A program made the position numbers and the translations under genes. Shown here one piece after another: positions 9,802-19,119 of a DNA stretch of 64,000 bases. Under the pieces are notes generated by a model, which did no database searches, was not told the DNA's origin, and was given only the letters and a program-made list of their open reading frames with translations. The DNA lies in the sequence record PV740454.1; one strand, written 5' to 3'. Numbering within the stretch: the first letter of the stretch is position 1; the number at the start of each line of letters is the position of its first letter.

Positions 9802-10314
9802 ATGACAGAACCAAAACTGTACAAAGGCGTAAAAGAAAAAGATCTACCTGTTTACACCTCGCGTGAATTTGGCTACAAATACATCTACAAAGATTATGAA
9901 GGTGGTTGGGTTCCTGAGTGGGCAAGAACTTACGTTCGCTATGAGAAATGGCTGACGATGCGCTTAGCAGTCGGATTTTACATTTCTAGCGAGGCAAACC
10001 GCATCATTCGTCTGATGCGTACTGGTGAGCGCCTAGCACGTCACAAAGGCAACTACGTGTTTCGTTACACGCCAGTTCCACACACTGGTGGTCGCAAACA
10101 ATGGGTTTCAGCTAATCGCGGAAAAGGCTTGATGTCTCAGATTCACCACGATCAAATGTGTGTTGATGAGATTGAAACAGAATACGGCAAAGTGGTACGT
10201 AAAAAGCGTGCTCTTACCGTTCGTCGTCTTCGCGATTGGGATGGGCTTACTCATTACGACGCGCCTCAGCGTAGTTGGAAACGCTCTAAAAAGCGTAAGC
10301 AGTGGATGAAATAA
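9802..10314 (+). CDS. Hypothetical basic protein
   Basis: GGAG RBS; Arg/Lys-rich C-terminus RSWKRSKKRKQW. Confidence 0.7.
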   Translation: MTEPKLYKGVKEKDLPVYTSREFGYKYIYKDYEGGWVPEWARTYVRYEKWLTMRLAVGFYISSEANRIIRLMRTGERLARHKGNYVFRYTPVPHTGGRKQWVSANRGKGLMSQIHHDQMCVDEIETEYGKVVRKKRALTVRRLRDWDGLTHYDAPQRSWKRSKKRKQWMK

Positions 10315-10320
10315 AGAAAA

Positions 10321-10353
10321 GGGTTGACAGATGTCAGCCCTTTTTAGTAATAT
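10321..10353 (+). promoter_or_regulatory. Terminator-promoter cassette (same GGGTTGACAGATGTCAGCCC hairpin as at 2062)
   Basis: TTGACA 10324, TAATAT 10348, U-tract after the stem. Confidence 0.75.
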
Positions 10354-10377
10354 AGATGTTTTCATAGGAGAATATCT

Positions 10378-10578
10378 ATGTTATATCAAATTTTAATAGC
10401 GACATTTTGTGTTATTACAATATTCATATCAGCAATACCGCTGGTATATGTGATTGACAAGATCATTGAAGATAAATTCGATTCAACTGCAAGCGGAGCA
10501 CTCGCATTATTAGCAACCGTTGCTGTGTTTTGTTTAACTTTTATTTCAGTTGTCTTTGCTGGCGCTGAGTACATGTAA
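10378..10578 (+). CDS. Hypothetical two-TM membrane protein
   Basis: AGGAG RBS; hydrophobic. Confidence 0.6.
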   Translation: MLYQILIATFCVITIFISAIPLVYVIDKIIEDKFDSTASGALALLATVAVFCLTFISVVFAGAEYM

Positions 10579-10591
10579 CGAGAAATATATT

Positions 10592-11188
10592 ATGACAGAT
10601 AAGAAACAAAAACCGACTCTAATTTTTGACGTAGACGGCGTGCTAATCGATTGGGCAAGTCAGCTACCGTTATTCTGCAAACGCTGTGGCATTGATCCAG
10701 TACTTGCATTGAAGCACTTCACAGCTAAAGAACACGTAGATGTTCGAGATCTATTTGGTGTTGAGCAACGTTCAATTGCATTCGATTTACTTGAGCGTTA
10801 CAACTTAGAACACGGCAAGTACATGACTGCGTTCCCTGATGCAGTTGAGAACGTACACAAAATCGCCAAAGAGTACAATCTAATTGCACTAACGAAGTTT
10901 GGTGACACGACTGACCACTGGTTAGTTCGCAAATTCAATCTTGAAACGTTCTTCCCATCTTGCTTCAGTGAATTGATTACCATTCGCGGTGATGAAAGTA
11001 AGGTTGGTTATGTCGCGTCGATTCAAGCAGACCACAATGTAGTTGGTTTTATCGACGATCAGCTTGAAAACATCGAAGCGATTTCACGAGCAACAAAGCT
11101 GAAGACGATTCACTTGAATCGATACGATGAACGAGCTGATGTAAATCACATGTCTAAATTGCTTGAATTCTTACACCAAGAAGTTTAA
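10592..11188 (+). CDS. HAD-superfamily phosphatase (T4 30.2-like)
   Basis: LIFDVDGVLIDW motif I; FIDDQLEN motif IV; near ligase as in T4. Confidence 0.8.
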   Translation: MTDKKQKPTLIFDVDGVLIDWASQLPLFCKRCGIDPVLALKHFTAKEHVDVRDLFGVEQRSIAFDLLERYNLEHGKYMTAFPDAVENVHKIAKEYNLIALTKFGDTTDHWLVRKFNLETFFPSCFSELITIRGDESKVGYVASIQADHNVVGFIDDQLENIEAISRATKLKTIHLNRYDERADVNHMSKLLEFLHQEV

Positions 11189-11212
11189 GACAAACTGAAT
11201 TCATAGTACAAT

Positions 11213-11236
11213 AAAGCTCCGACGGGAGCTTTTTTT
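11213..11236 (+). terminator. Rho-independent terminator
   Basis: AAAGCTCC-gacg-GGAGCTTT followed by T-tract. Confidence 0.75.
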
Positions 11237-11247
11237 ATGAGGTCTAT

Positions 11248-11547
11248 ATGATTAAACGAGCATATATTATTCATGCTGATAGCGCACTTGCAAAGCGTGC
11301 AGTTGTGTTAGATAAGCGTGAAGCAAAAGGCAAGCCATTATTCACAAACAAAGAAGAATGGGAAGCTGAATTGCAAACAGACTGGCAAGAATGGAATAAA
11401 GAAATGTGTGACTACATTGTTCACATTTACGGCGATCATATCGCTGGTAAAACGTTCTTAGCTACGATTCAAAATGGCAACGTATATCTTGAGGAAAATG
11501 ATGTTTGCTATACTAATGAAAAGCAACCAAGAAGTGGCGATTATTGA
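11248..11547 (+). CDS. Hypothetical protein
   Basis: GAGG RBS; 99 aa. Confidence 0.65.
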   Translation: MIKRAYIIHADSALAKRAVVLDKREAKGKPLFTNKEEWEAELQTDWQEWNKEMCDYIVHIYGDHIAGKTFLATIQNGNVYLEENDVCYTNEKQPRSGDY

Positions 11548-11731
11548 TATCGGTGACGTGACAATGCCTGCATTGTACATGAAAGAAGATGACGCACTTC
11601 GTACACTGTACAAAAACGACTTAGACGAACAATGCTTTGTGGCGCGTGTTCGACCTGAAATTTACATAGATGGTGGTAATAATGATTCTGGACATTCTGA
11701 ACAAACTAGCAGCGACGACGAAAAGAACTGA
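11498..11731 (+). CDS. Hypothetical small protein
   Basis: GAGG RBS before the ATG at 11498; overlaps both neighbours. Confidence 0.45.
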   Translation: MMFAILMKSNQEVAIIDIGDVTMPALYMKEDDALRTLYKNDLDEQCFVARVRPEIYIDGGNNDSGHSEQTSSDDEKN

Positions 11732-13016
11732 GAAAGAAGCAATATTGAAGTCTGAGAAAGACAACGAATTGCTTAAACGTGTGTTTGAACTAGCATACAC
11801 GCCAACGTATCAGTTCAATATGAAGAAACTGCCTGACGTTACTACGGGCGGTGCATATGTTCACGAATATCAAGAACTCGAAACAGAGCTTGAACGTGTA
11901 TTCAGCACACTTGTATTGAATCAGATGCGCGGTCACGCTGCACAAGATTTTGTAGCTAGAACACTTGCGTCCGTATCTGAAGACGATGCTGAAGTCATTC
12001 GTCGCGTTATCTTGAAAGACTTGCGCACTGGTTGTACTGGTAGCACTGCGAACAAAATCTGGAAAGGTCTGATTGCAGAACAACCACAAATGCTTGCAAG
12101 CTCGTTCAAAGAAAAGCTAGTTGACGACATTCTAAAGAAAGAAGCATTCGCAGAGCTTAAAGCTGATGGTGCGCGTTGCTTTGCTCACATCGACAAAGAA
12201 GGCAACATCACATTCACGTCGCGCAACGGCAAGCAATACACGGGCTTGATTAAGTTAGAGCGTGAAATTGCAAAGCTAAATGCAAACGGGTTTGTTATTG
12301 ATGGTGAACTTGTATACGCCCCAAATGGGCTAGAAAACGTCGAAGATCGTTCGACTGGTAACGGCATCGTAAACAAAGCAAGCAAAGGCACTATTACTGC
12401 TCAAGAGCAAGCAGATATCGTGTTTCAAGTGTGGGATATCATCCCAGATGAAGTGTATTTCGGTATTTGCAAGGGATTGAATTCGCCGTATCGTCTACGT
12501 AAGCAATTCTTAGCTGATTTAGTAGTCGATGCAGTTGATATCGAGCCGATTCCGTGGCATGTTGTTCACACTAAAGAAGAAGCAGGTAAAATCTACGCTG
12601 AGTACGTAGCGCAAGGTCTAGAAGGGATTATCTTGAAAGACCCTGAAGCACTATGGGAAAATAAGCGAAGCAAGTCACTTGTTAAATTCAAAGAAGTGCA
12701 TGACGGTGATCTTGAGATCATTGAAGTACTAGAAGGCGACAAGAAGAACAAAGGTAAGCTTGGTGCTCTTCTATTGCGTTCAGCTTGTGGTCGTTTGATT
12801 ACTAAAGTTGGTAGTGGGTTCACTGACAAAGATCGCGAAGAAATGTGGGCACGACGCGAAGAATTGATTGGCATGATTGTCGAAATCAATTATAATGCAA
12901 TCACCCGCGCACGAAACAAAGATACGTGGTCTTGTTTCTTGCCTATCTTTGTGAAAATACGTGATGATAAAGACGTTGCAAACACGCTTGATGAAATGAG
13001 CGGGTTCAATGGTTGA
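11682..13016 (+). CDS. 30: ATP-dependent DNA ligase
   Basis: AELKADGAR (KxDG), VIDGELV, EGIILK, LVKFKE, TKVGSGF, FLPIF. Confidence 0.96.
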   Translation: MILDILNKLAATTKRTEKEAILKSEKDNELLKRVFELAYTPTYQFNMKKLPDVTTGGAYVHEYQELETELERVFSTLVLNQMRGHAAQDFVARTLASVSEDDAEVIRRVILKDLRTGCTGSTANKIWKGLIAEQPQMLASSFKEKLVDDILKKEAFAELKADGARCFAHIDKEGNITFTSRNGKQYTGLIKLEREIAKLNANGFVIDGELVYAPNGLENVEDRSTGNGIVNKASKGTITAQEQADIVFQVWDIIPDEVYFGICKGLNSPYRLRKQFLADLVVDAVDIEPIPWHVVHTKEEAGKIYAEYVAQGLEGIILKDPEALWENKRSKSLVKFKEVHDGDLEIIEVLEGDKKNKGKLGALLLRSACGRLITKVGSGFTDKDREEMWARREELIGMIVEINYNAITRARNKDTWSCFLPIFVKIRDDKDVANTLDEMSGFNG

Positions 13017-13018
13017 AT

Positions 13019-13042
13019 AAAAGGGGCGAAAGCCCCTTTTTT
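13019..13042 (+). terminator. Rho-independent terminator after ligase
   Basis: GGGGC-GAAA-GCCCC-T6. Confidence 0.85.
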
Positions 13043-13044
13043 CG

Positions 13045-13052
13045 TATAAATA
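13045..13052 (+). promoter_or_regulatory. T4-type late promoter
   Basis: Exact TATAAATA 24 nt upstream of ORF 13076. Confidence 0.8.
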
Positions 13053-13075
13053 CTTTCATTTAAGAGAGACGATAA

Positions 13076-13963
13076 ATGATTATTTTTGAACATCACGACT
13101 CGCTTGTTGAAGCTTTTACTACACCTGCTCCGTATCGTTGGGCAGATGATAATAATATTGTGTTCAGAGTCGGGTCAACGAATTACCAGGCTAATATCAA
13201 CTCATACGAGAACAGAAACACGCAGAGTCGAAATATAGACGTGTCATTTCAATGGCAGACTGAAAGCGGTAGATGGACGTTCACATTGAAAAAAGGTGAC
13301 AATCCGAAAGACGCACTTACAGTGATCAGTACAATTCTAGCTGCTACATTTGAAAAGGAAGCGAAAGAGAAGCCAGATACGATTTCGTTTAGTGCGTTCA
13401 CCGATGACAATGATAGAGACGCACAGAAGCGTTTCAAACTTTACAAACGAATTGCTGAGCGTTATGCAAAAGAGCGTAATTACACACTACAAGTTCATGA
13501 TCGTTCTTTTCTTCTAACTAATAACGCGAAACCAAGTCAGATGAGAAGATTCCCGAACGACGGCGTTATTGAAGAAGACGGTCTTGTTTATGCTGAATTC
13601 CCGCGTGTCAATGCGTTCACATGGGCTAAAATGTTCTGGCTTGACAATGCAGGTGATTACATCGACTTGTCTCTACCACATGGTCGTGTTAAGGTGACTC
13701 GAACATCAGAAGATGTAGTCACTGTCGATGGGCGCAACGCAGAAGGCAAAATCGATAACTTAGATAGCTCTTATGTATGGCTGAGTATGCTTGGTGAGAT
13801 TAAAGTTCGTTCACGAACCGGTCGAGAATTCACATTGCCTGAAAGGGGTGTTATGCTTGACGCTGGTGACATGATTTTGTGTGACGATAAGACAATATAT
13901 TACTTGTCAGATGAAGAAATGTTCGGTGATATTTGGGGTTACGACATCGTAGAAATCGTATAA
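13076..13963 (+). CDS. Late protein, paralogous family member A (candidate internal/injected protein)
   Basis: Shares DALTV..T...ISFSAF.D..D.DA.KR..LYKR.AER with 50359 and 51282. Confidence 0.7.
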   Translation: MIIFEHHDSLVEAFTTPAPYRWADDNNIVFRVGSTNYQANINSYENRNTQSRNIDVSFQWQTESGRWTFTLKKGDNPKDALTVISTILAATFEKEAKEKPDTISFSAFTDDNDRDAQKRFKLYKRIAERYAKERNYTLQVHDRSFLLTNNAKPSQMRRFPNDGVIEEDGLVYAEFPRVNAFTWAKMFWLDNAGDYIDLSLPHGRVKVTRTSEDVVTVDGRNAEGKIDNLDSSYVWLSMLGEIKVRSRTGREFTLPERGVMLDAGDMILCDDKTIYYLSDEEMFGDIWGYDIVEIV

Positions 13964-13991
13964 AAAAAGGGAGCAATTTGCTCCCTTTTTT
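13962..13991. terminator. Bidirectional terminator between convergent genes
   Basis: A7-GGGAGC-AATTT-GCTCCC-T6. Confidence 0.85.
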
Positions 13992-13993
13992 GA

Positions 13994-15652
13994 TCATGGT
14001 ACTAGAGGACTACGCTCTTTAACCAATCGTTCTTCGTCAACCGTTGGTTCGGCTGCACGCATGAAGTCAGCGACTTCAGTTAGTTCATGAATTCGTTCTT
14101 GTCGTTTACGTTCAGAAAGAACACTGAATTTTTCATGTTTGTTCTTTTTCTTCAGTCTGATGACTGCATCGAATTCAGAAAGTTGAATCAGCTCAGCTTC
14201 AAACAATGTATTGCGATTGATGATGAATTCGCAATCACCTTTCTTCCCATGCTTACCTGTTGCAAGAATCGGCAAACCTTCAGCTTCGATAACAAACACA
14301 ACGTTCAATTTCTTATCAGATTCAATCATATCTCGCATTGACGATTTGCTATTTTTATCGATTGCATTCACGATAGTTTTCGATGATGATTCAACGAAGT
14401 TACATGCAACAATGGGGTTTGTGGATGATGAAATAAACGCAGTAGACGCGAATACCCCAGATTCAAGAATCGCACCGACTCGCTTGCTGCTCATTTCAGC
14501 ACCGCGATACAATGTCATTTCACTAGAAATCTTACCAGCTTCAGCAAACGCATGATCTAGACGTTTAATGATGTCTGATGCTTTATCAGATTCAACGCCA
14601 TGTACTAGTGCTTCGTTTACTTTCCACGCATATCTAGACGCCGAATAGCGAGAGATTGCAGCTTGTGTAAGTGCTCCAAGCCCAGCGAATGAATCTTCTT
14701 GCATCAATAGAATAGAAAGACGCTCATATTGCGCTTCAAGAGCACGAGAACGCGATTCAAGTAAGCAATTGAATACATCACTAGGGTTTTTAGATTCGTG
14801 TATGTACGAGTTTATAGAGTTAGCAAGAGCTGGTAGCTCAAGATTCATGTCAATCAATCCTTGTGCAGCCATTGCGATTTTTGACTCAGATTCGTTTAAT
14901 GCAATTTCAGTTAAACGCGCATTGTGTGATGTACTGTAATGTGATTCGAGTTGTGGCATTTGAAGAACCGCGTTCGGAACACGAGCAGCAGGATTATCGC
15001 CAACCCACGTATCGAGAACAACATCGTCATAGTCATCATATTCAGCACCAGCAGTAACGATGATTGTTTTCTTGCTTGAAATGTCAGTTTCTTGGGACAT
15101 TTTAGCAGCAATCATGTTTACCGTTTCTTCAGACGCTTCAAATAGCTTGTCAGCGTTGTAGCCTGGTTTTGTGATGACGAAGTAGCTGAAGTCATCAACC
15201 ATTTCAGATGAACCATCGTTGACGATTTTAGTCGTTTCACATCCGTAGCGTAGTTTTTTGAATAACGTTTTTACGCGCATATCAAACATTTTACCACTAC
15301 CTAGCTTTTGAATACGCATCGATACAACGTTAGCACGACGACCGAGCATGAATTCGTAAACAAGAGTTACAATAGTTTCAATTAGTTTTTGCTGGTCACC
15401 CATTTCACGAATGGTTAACCCGCCTTTCTTTCCGCGCATTGCAGAAACAGTACAGAACCAGCTACGTTTTCCACGATTGCCGATGTCTGATTTAGTTTTA
15501 GTAGTGAACGAAACAACGATGTCCCTAGCTTCGCCTTTCATATCGATCACAAAGAATTTGTTTTCTTTGGTCGAGCGAGCCGGATAGAAGTCGTATGTCG
15601 CGCTCATGTTTTCTGTTAATTGTTGATATCCAATCATTTTGTATAGACTCAC
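13994..15652 (-). CDS. alt: Alt-like ADP-ribosyltransferase (start may be the ATG at 15637)
   Basis: TLYRG, FISSS and DCEFII (R-S-E clade ART); N-terminus resembles T4 Alt; LTE cleavage-like site; CATAAATA on minus strand at 15671-15678. Confidence 0.75.
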   Translation of the reverse strand: MSLYKMIGYQQLTENMSATYDFYPARSTKENKFFVIDMKGEARDIVVSFTTKTKSDIGNRGKRSWFCTVSAMRGKKGGLTIREMGDQQKLIETIVTLVYEFMLGRRANVVSMRIQKLGSGKMFDMRVKTLFKKLRYGCETTKIVNDGSSEMVDDFSYFVITKPGYNADKLFEASEETVNMIAAKMSQETDISSKKTIIVTAGAEYDDYDDVVLDTWVGDNPAARVPNAVLQMPQLESHYSTSHNARLTEIALNESESKIAMAAQGLIDMNLELPALANSINSYIHESKNPSDVFNCLLESRSRALEAQYERLSILLMQEDSFAGLGALTQAAISRYSASRYAWKVNEALVHGVESDKASDIIKRLDHAFAEAGKISSEMTLYRGAEMSSKRVGAILESGVFASTAFISSSTNPIVACNFVESSSKTIVNAIDKNSKSSMRDMIESDKKLNVVFVIEAEGLPILATGKHGKKGDCEFIINRNTLFEAELIQLSEFDAVIRLKKKNKHEKFSVLSERKRQERIHELTEVADFMRAAEPTVDEERLVKERSPLVP

Positions 15653-15724
15653 CCTTTAGAAATATATGAGTATTTATGGTAGTTAGTGAAGCTTGATTAA
15701 AAAAATACCACTTTTTGTTTAAAA

Positions 15725-15775
15725 AGTGCTTGAAATGTCCATCGGATGATCGTAATATGTGTTCATCGAAACGAA
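15725..15775 (+). promoter_or_regulatory. Sigma70-type early promoter
   Basis: TTGAAA(15730)-N17-TAATAT(15753), then CATCGAAACGAAA leader. Confidence 0.7.
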
Positions 15776-15800
15776 ATACACAACTCAGAGAGTACAAATT

Positions 15801-16313
15801 ATGAATGCACAAACAATGACTAACGAACAAATTGCTAACCTATTCGACATGAAACTTTCATCAAATGGGTTTCAAGCGATTGACAAAAAAGGTCGTGGTC
15901 ACTTTCTAACAGATTTGCGTCAACGAGTCATGAAAGCTGAGAAGACCAAAGCGAAAGCAGCAAAAACTCGTAAAGTTCGCGAAGAGCAAGAACCGTCAGT
16001 ATCGGCTGAAGATTTGCTTCACGAACTTCAATCAGAATCGAGTGATTACTGGTTCATTCGCGACACTCAACCTGGCATGGATGCTATTGCTCATGGATTA
16101 AACGTGTATGTATCTGCTGGTAAACCTGATCATCATCGACTAATTGTGCGTAGTTCTCAACTATCAATGAAAGAAATTGACCGTGAACTAGGTTATTTGA
16201 ACCCTCGCAAACAAGAAGAAGGTCATCATCGTGCGAAAACAACTGTGTTTTTCTCGAACAAAACAGCGAAAGAGATCGTTGAGATTGTTGAAAAACTTAA
16301 AGAACTAAGTTAA
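15801..16313 (+). CDS. Hypothetical early protein
   Basis: Behind early promoter; basic linker KAAKTRKVREE. Confidence 0.75.
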   Translation: MNAQTMTNEQIANLFDMKLSSNGFQAIDKKGRGHFLTDLRQRVMKAEKTKAKAAKTRKVREEQEPSVSAEDLLHELQSESSDYWFIRDTQPGMDAIAHGLNVYVSAGKPDHHRLIVRSSQLSMKEIDRELGYLNPRKQEEGHHRAKTTVFFSNKTAKEIVEIVEKLKELS

Positions 16314-16341
16314 TTGTGAACTAACTCACAAAAATGTGGTA

Positions 16342-16378
16342 ATCGGATATTGACAATAACACGTTAATATCCGATAAT
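16342..16378 (+). promoter_or_regulatory. Promoter embedded in a 13-bp inverted repeat
   Basis: ATCGGATATTGAC-N8-GTTAATATCCGAT; TTGACA(16350)-N17-GATAAT(16373). Confidence 0.7.
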
Positions 16379-16424
16379 AAACACATCAAGACGAGATACA
16401 CAAACTACTTAAAGAGAGAACATT

Positions 16425-17240
16425 ATGACTATCACTAAAGCAGAAATGACAGCAATCGCAAACGACATCATGAGCGGCAACAATCTTCTAAAGCGCGATC
16501 TTAAAGCTGAAGGTTGGTTCTTCGAATTCGGTTCAATGGCTGCTCTAGGCGACTGTCATTACGGCAAGAAAGTTCTACGTCTTTCTGACAAGTACTTGAA
16601 CGCACGTACTAAAGCTGAGCAAATCAACACTATCACGCATGAAATGGCACACGCTATTGCATACACGGATTACAGCGAACGTGGTCATGGTGCAATCTGG
16701 AAACGTGTTCATCGTCAACTAGGTGGTACTGCTGAGCGTACTTCTCGTGTATCAAATCTAGAAGCTGTTGACAAGAAATACGTAGTTTTCTTCGAAAACG
16801 ACAAAGGCGAACTAGAAGTTATTCACAAAATGGATCGTCTGACTGCTAAATTCCGCGGTTCTCGTATTACTAGTCTTTACGTTCCAAGTCGTAAAGAAGA
16901 AACTCAAGGTAAACTACGTTGTGTGTCTTCAGTTACTTTCAACGCAATGAAAGCAAATCTTGAAGAATCTCGCACTGAAGCGAAACCAGTTGAAGTTAAG
17001 CCAGTTGTTAAGCCAACTCAAAAGACTGAAACTAAGAAAGTTGAAAAGAAAGTATCAGCGCGTGGTCAAGCTGCTCGTGATGCAATCGCTAAAATCGTAA
17101 CAACTGAGATTTATAAAGATTCGACTGTTACATTTTACAAGCGTCGTCCAACTGATAGCATTTTCTTCATCAAGATTGAAACTGCGACTGACACAATCGA
17201 ACAGCGTCTAGACGTGTTCAAAAAGAAACACAGCTTGTAA
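16425..17240 (+). CDS. SprT-like zinc metalloprotease domain protein
   Basis: ITHEMAHAIAY followed by HGAIWKR; LGDCHY N-terminal strand. Confidence 0.85.
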   Translation: MTITKAEMTAIANDIMSGNNLLKRDLKAEGWFFEFGSMAALGDCHYGKKVLRLSDKYLNARTKAEQINTITHEMAHAIAYTDYSERGHGAIWKRVHRQLGGTAERTSRVSNLEAVDKKYVVFFENDKGELEVIHKMDRLTAKFRGSRITSLYVPSRKEETQGKLRCVSSVTFNAMKANLEESRTEAKPVEVKPVVKPTQKTETKKVEKKVSARGQAARDAIAKIVTTEIYKDSTVTFYKRRPTDSIFFIKIETATDTIEQRLDVFKKKHSL

Positions 17241-17250
17241 TTCTCTCAAT

Positions 17251-17272
17251 CAGCCCCGAAAGGGGCTTTTTT
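17251..17272 (+). terminator. Rho-independent terminator
   Basis: AGCCCC-GAAA-GGGGCT-T-tract. Confidence 0.85.
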
Positions 17273-17279
17273 AGGTTGA

Positions 17280-17353
17280 GCGGAAAATTCCGCATCATCT
17301 TAGTAGTATTAGTAGTTTTAGTGATATTAGAGATATTAGTAAAATTAGTTTAA
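17280..17353. repeat. Palindrome plus six 9-bp TTAG iterons (copy 1)
   Basis: GCGGAA-AA-TTCCGC, then TTAG at 17300, 17309, 17318, 17327, 17336, 17345. Confidence 0.85.
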
Positions 17354-17395
17354 CAAACGCCTTGACAATCGTATAATATACGTCGAGGTGATGAA

Positions 17396-17635
17396 ATGAT
17401 AACGATATACACAATTCCTAACTGCGACGGCTGTCGCCACGCTATTTCCCTCTGTAAGTTCAAAAACGTCCCGTACACTGTAATCGAGTTGCAGTCTCAA
17501 TCAGACATCGATAAATTGCATAAACGTCTTGGTGGTGTTCGCAATATACGAGTGCCATTAGCAATGCATGGAGATGACTACATTGGTCATTTACCAGAAT
17601 TGAAGAAATGGATCGATGCTAATCTGTATAAATAA
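17396..17635 (+). CDS. Glutaredoxin (NrdH/NrdC-like)
   Basis: ITIYTIPNCDGCRHA (CxxC); VP...YIG. Confidence 0.88.
   Translation: MITIYTIPNCDGCRHAISLCKFKNVPYTVIELQSQSDIDKLHKRLGGVRNIRVPLAMHGDDYIGHLPELKKWIDANLYK
17627..17634 (+). promoter_or_regulatory. T4-type late promoter for the capsid vertex gene
   Basis: Exact TATAAATA. Confidence 0.8.
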
Positions 17636-17692
17636 AAGAAATTACGTACATTCTTCCGCTGAAATGCGGCAATAAATTAAAGGAATCATACA

Positions 17693-18586
17693 ATGACTGT
17701 ATCTACTAGTAACGGTTTACCAGACATTGTGACTGTTCAAAAACGTCTTTATCCGTTAATCTTTACGGAGATCGTTTCTGAGCAGGTAACAAAACAACCA
17801 GTAGCAACCGCTTACGGATTCAAAGCTGTATCTGAAGCTGACGACGGTAGTGGTTGGACTCAATTCGGATTCAGACTTGACCGTTGGTATACTGAAGTTA
17901 AATCTTCAAAAATGAAGACTGAAATCTCACTTGAAACAATTCAAGATCTGCAAGCTCTTGGTGTTAATACTAACATCATTGCTGGGTCATTAGCTGACCA
18001 AATTGCAGATGAGATCAATACTGACATCATCAATGCACTGAACGGCATTTCAACAGTTGGGACAGCTCTTGTACTTGCTGGCACAACAGACTTTGACAAA
18101 GGTCAAGATCTGTATGCTAAAGTTCACGTGTCTGCTGCTGAAATTGAAAAATCAACTGGATGTCAAGGCACTTATGTAGTTGCTGGCGGAAAATGCTTCG
18201 GTCTACTTACCGGATGTGGTGTTGTTAGGAAAATCAGCGATACTGTTTACCAGGCATGGTCTGGATTGTACATCGTACACGATAAATATGCAACGTCTGA
18301 TTATGTGACAGTTGGCGTTAAGAAAGAACTTGGTGATTATGAGATCTCAAGTATCGTATTCAGCCCATATGTCTTTGACAGCGAAAACGAAGGCGCAATT
18401 GCTTATCAATACAAGGGAACTGATCCAAAATCATTCCACTCTGTGTATGGTGTTATTTCACGATACGCACTGACAGTTGCTCCACTTGAAGAAACTCAAA
18501 CTGGCGCAGTGGAAATCGATTGGGACAACCTTGGCGCATTAGCGAACAGTTCTAAGCTGTCTTACACTCATGCAGTGACAGTATAA
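17693..18586 (+). CDS. 24: Capsid vertex protein, gp24-like (short form)
   Basis: gp23/24 family signatures (LIFTEIVSEQVTKQPVATAYG; LADQIADEINTDII; VVAGGK; SIVFSPY); late promoter upstream. Confidence 0.75.
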   Translation: MTVSTSNGLPDIVTVQKRLYPLIFTEIVSEQVTKQPVATAYGFKAVSEADDGSGWTQFGFRLDRWYTEVKSSKMKTEISLETIQDLQALGVNTNIIAGSLADQIADEINTDIINALNGISTVGTALVLAGTTDFDKGQDLYAKVHVSAAEIEKSTGCQGTYVVAGGKCFGLLTGCGVVRKISDTVYQAWSGLYIVHDKYATSDYVTVGVKKELGDYEISSIVFSPYVFDSENEGAIAYQYKGTDPKSFHSVYGVISRYALTVAPLEETQTGAVEIDWDNLGALANSSKLSYTHAVTV

Positions 18587-18594
18587 GGTGTGAC

Positions 18595-19110
18595 ATGAAA
18601 AATCATTATGTAGATAATAAAGCTCTATACGCATCGTTGTGCGAATGGAAAGAAGAAATGAAAACGGCACCTGAAGATGTTCATGTGCCTGTACCAGATT
18701 TTGTAGCTGAGAGTATTTTGAAAATCAGCGAAAATCTATCGAGACGTTACAACTTTAGCGGTTACACAGCAACGTGGAAAGAAGAAATGATTGGTGACGC
18801 AATCGAGCACTGTTTGCGTTACATCAAAAACTTTGACACTGAAAAATACAAAAATCCACACGCTTATATAACTCGAATCTGCTTTAACGCATTTGTTCAG
18901 CGTATCAAGAAAGAACGCCAAGACACTGCGATTAAATATAAAGTATTCTTATGCGATTCGTCTAACTATTCAATGGACGGTGAAGAAGCTGATTATGAGT
19001 TTCTTCAACAGATGCTGGAACGTGTCAACTCTTACGAAACGAGTAAGAAAGACAAGGCTCAACCAGACGAAAAGAACGAACCACTGAACTTACAAAAATT
19101 TTACAATTAA
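18595..19110 (+). CDS. 55: Late-transcription sigma factor
   Basis: HYVDNK...NFSGYTATWKEEMIGDA...NFDTEKYKNPHAYITRICFNAFVQRIKKE. Confidence 0.95.
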   Translation: MKNHYVDNKALYASLCEWKEEMKTAPEDVHVPVPDFVAESILKISENLSRRYNFSGYTATWKEEMIGDAIEHCLRYIKNFDTEKYKNPHAYITRICFNAFVQRIKKERQDTAIKYKVFLCDSSNYSMDGEEADYEFLQQMLERVNSYETSKKDKAQPDEKNEPLNLQKFYN

Positions 19111-19119
19111 GGAATTAAC

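Noticed and set aside
15801-16313. Possible MotA-like middle-transcription activator
   Set aside because: Only a weak basic-linker resemblance; no recognisable MotA domain, so kept as hypothetical
17281-17400. Minus-strand reading of the TTAG array as a Leu-rich peptide (L-x-x repeats ending AGA TGA)
   Set aside because: No in-frame start or RBS nearby; the periodicity is better explained as DNA iterons
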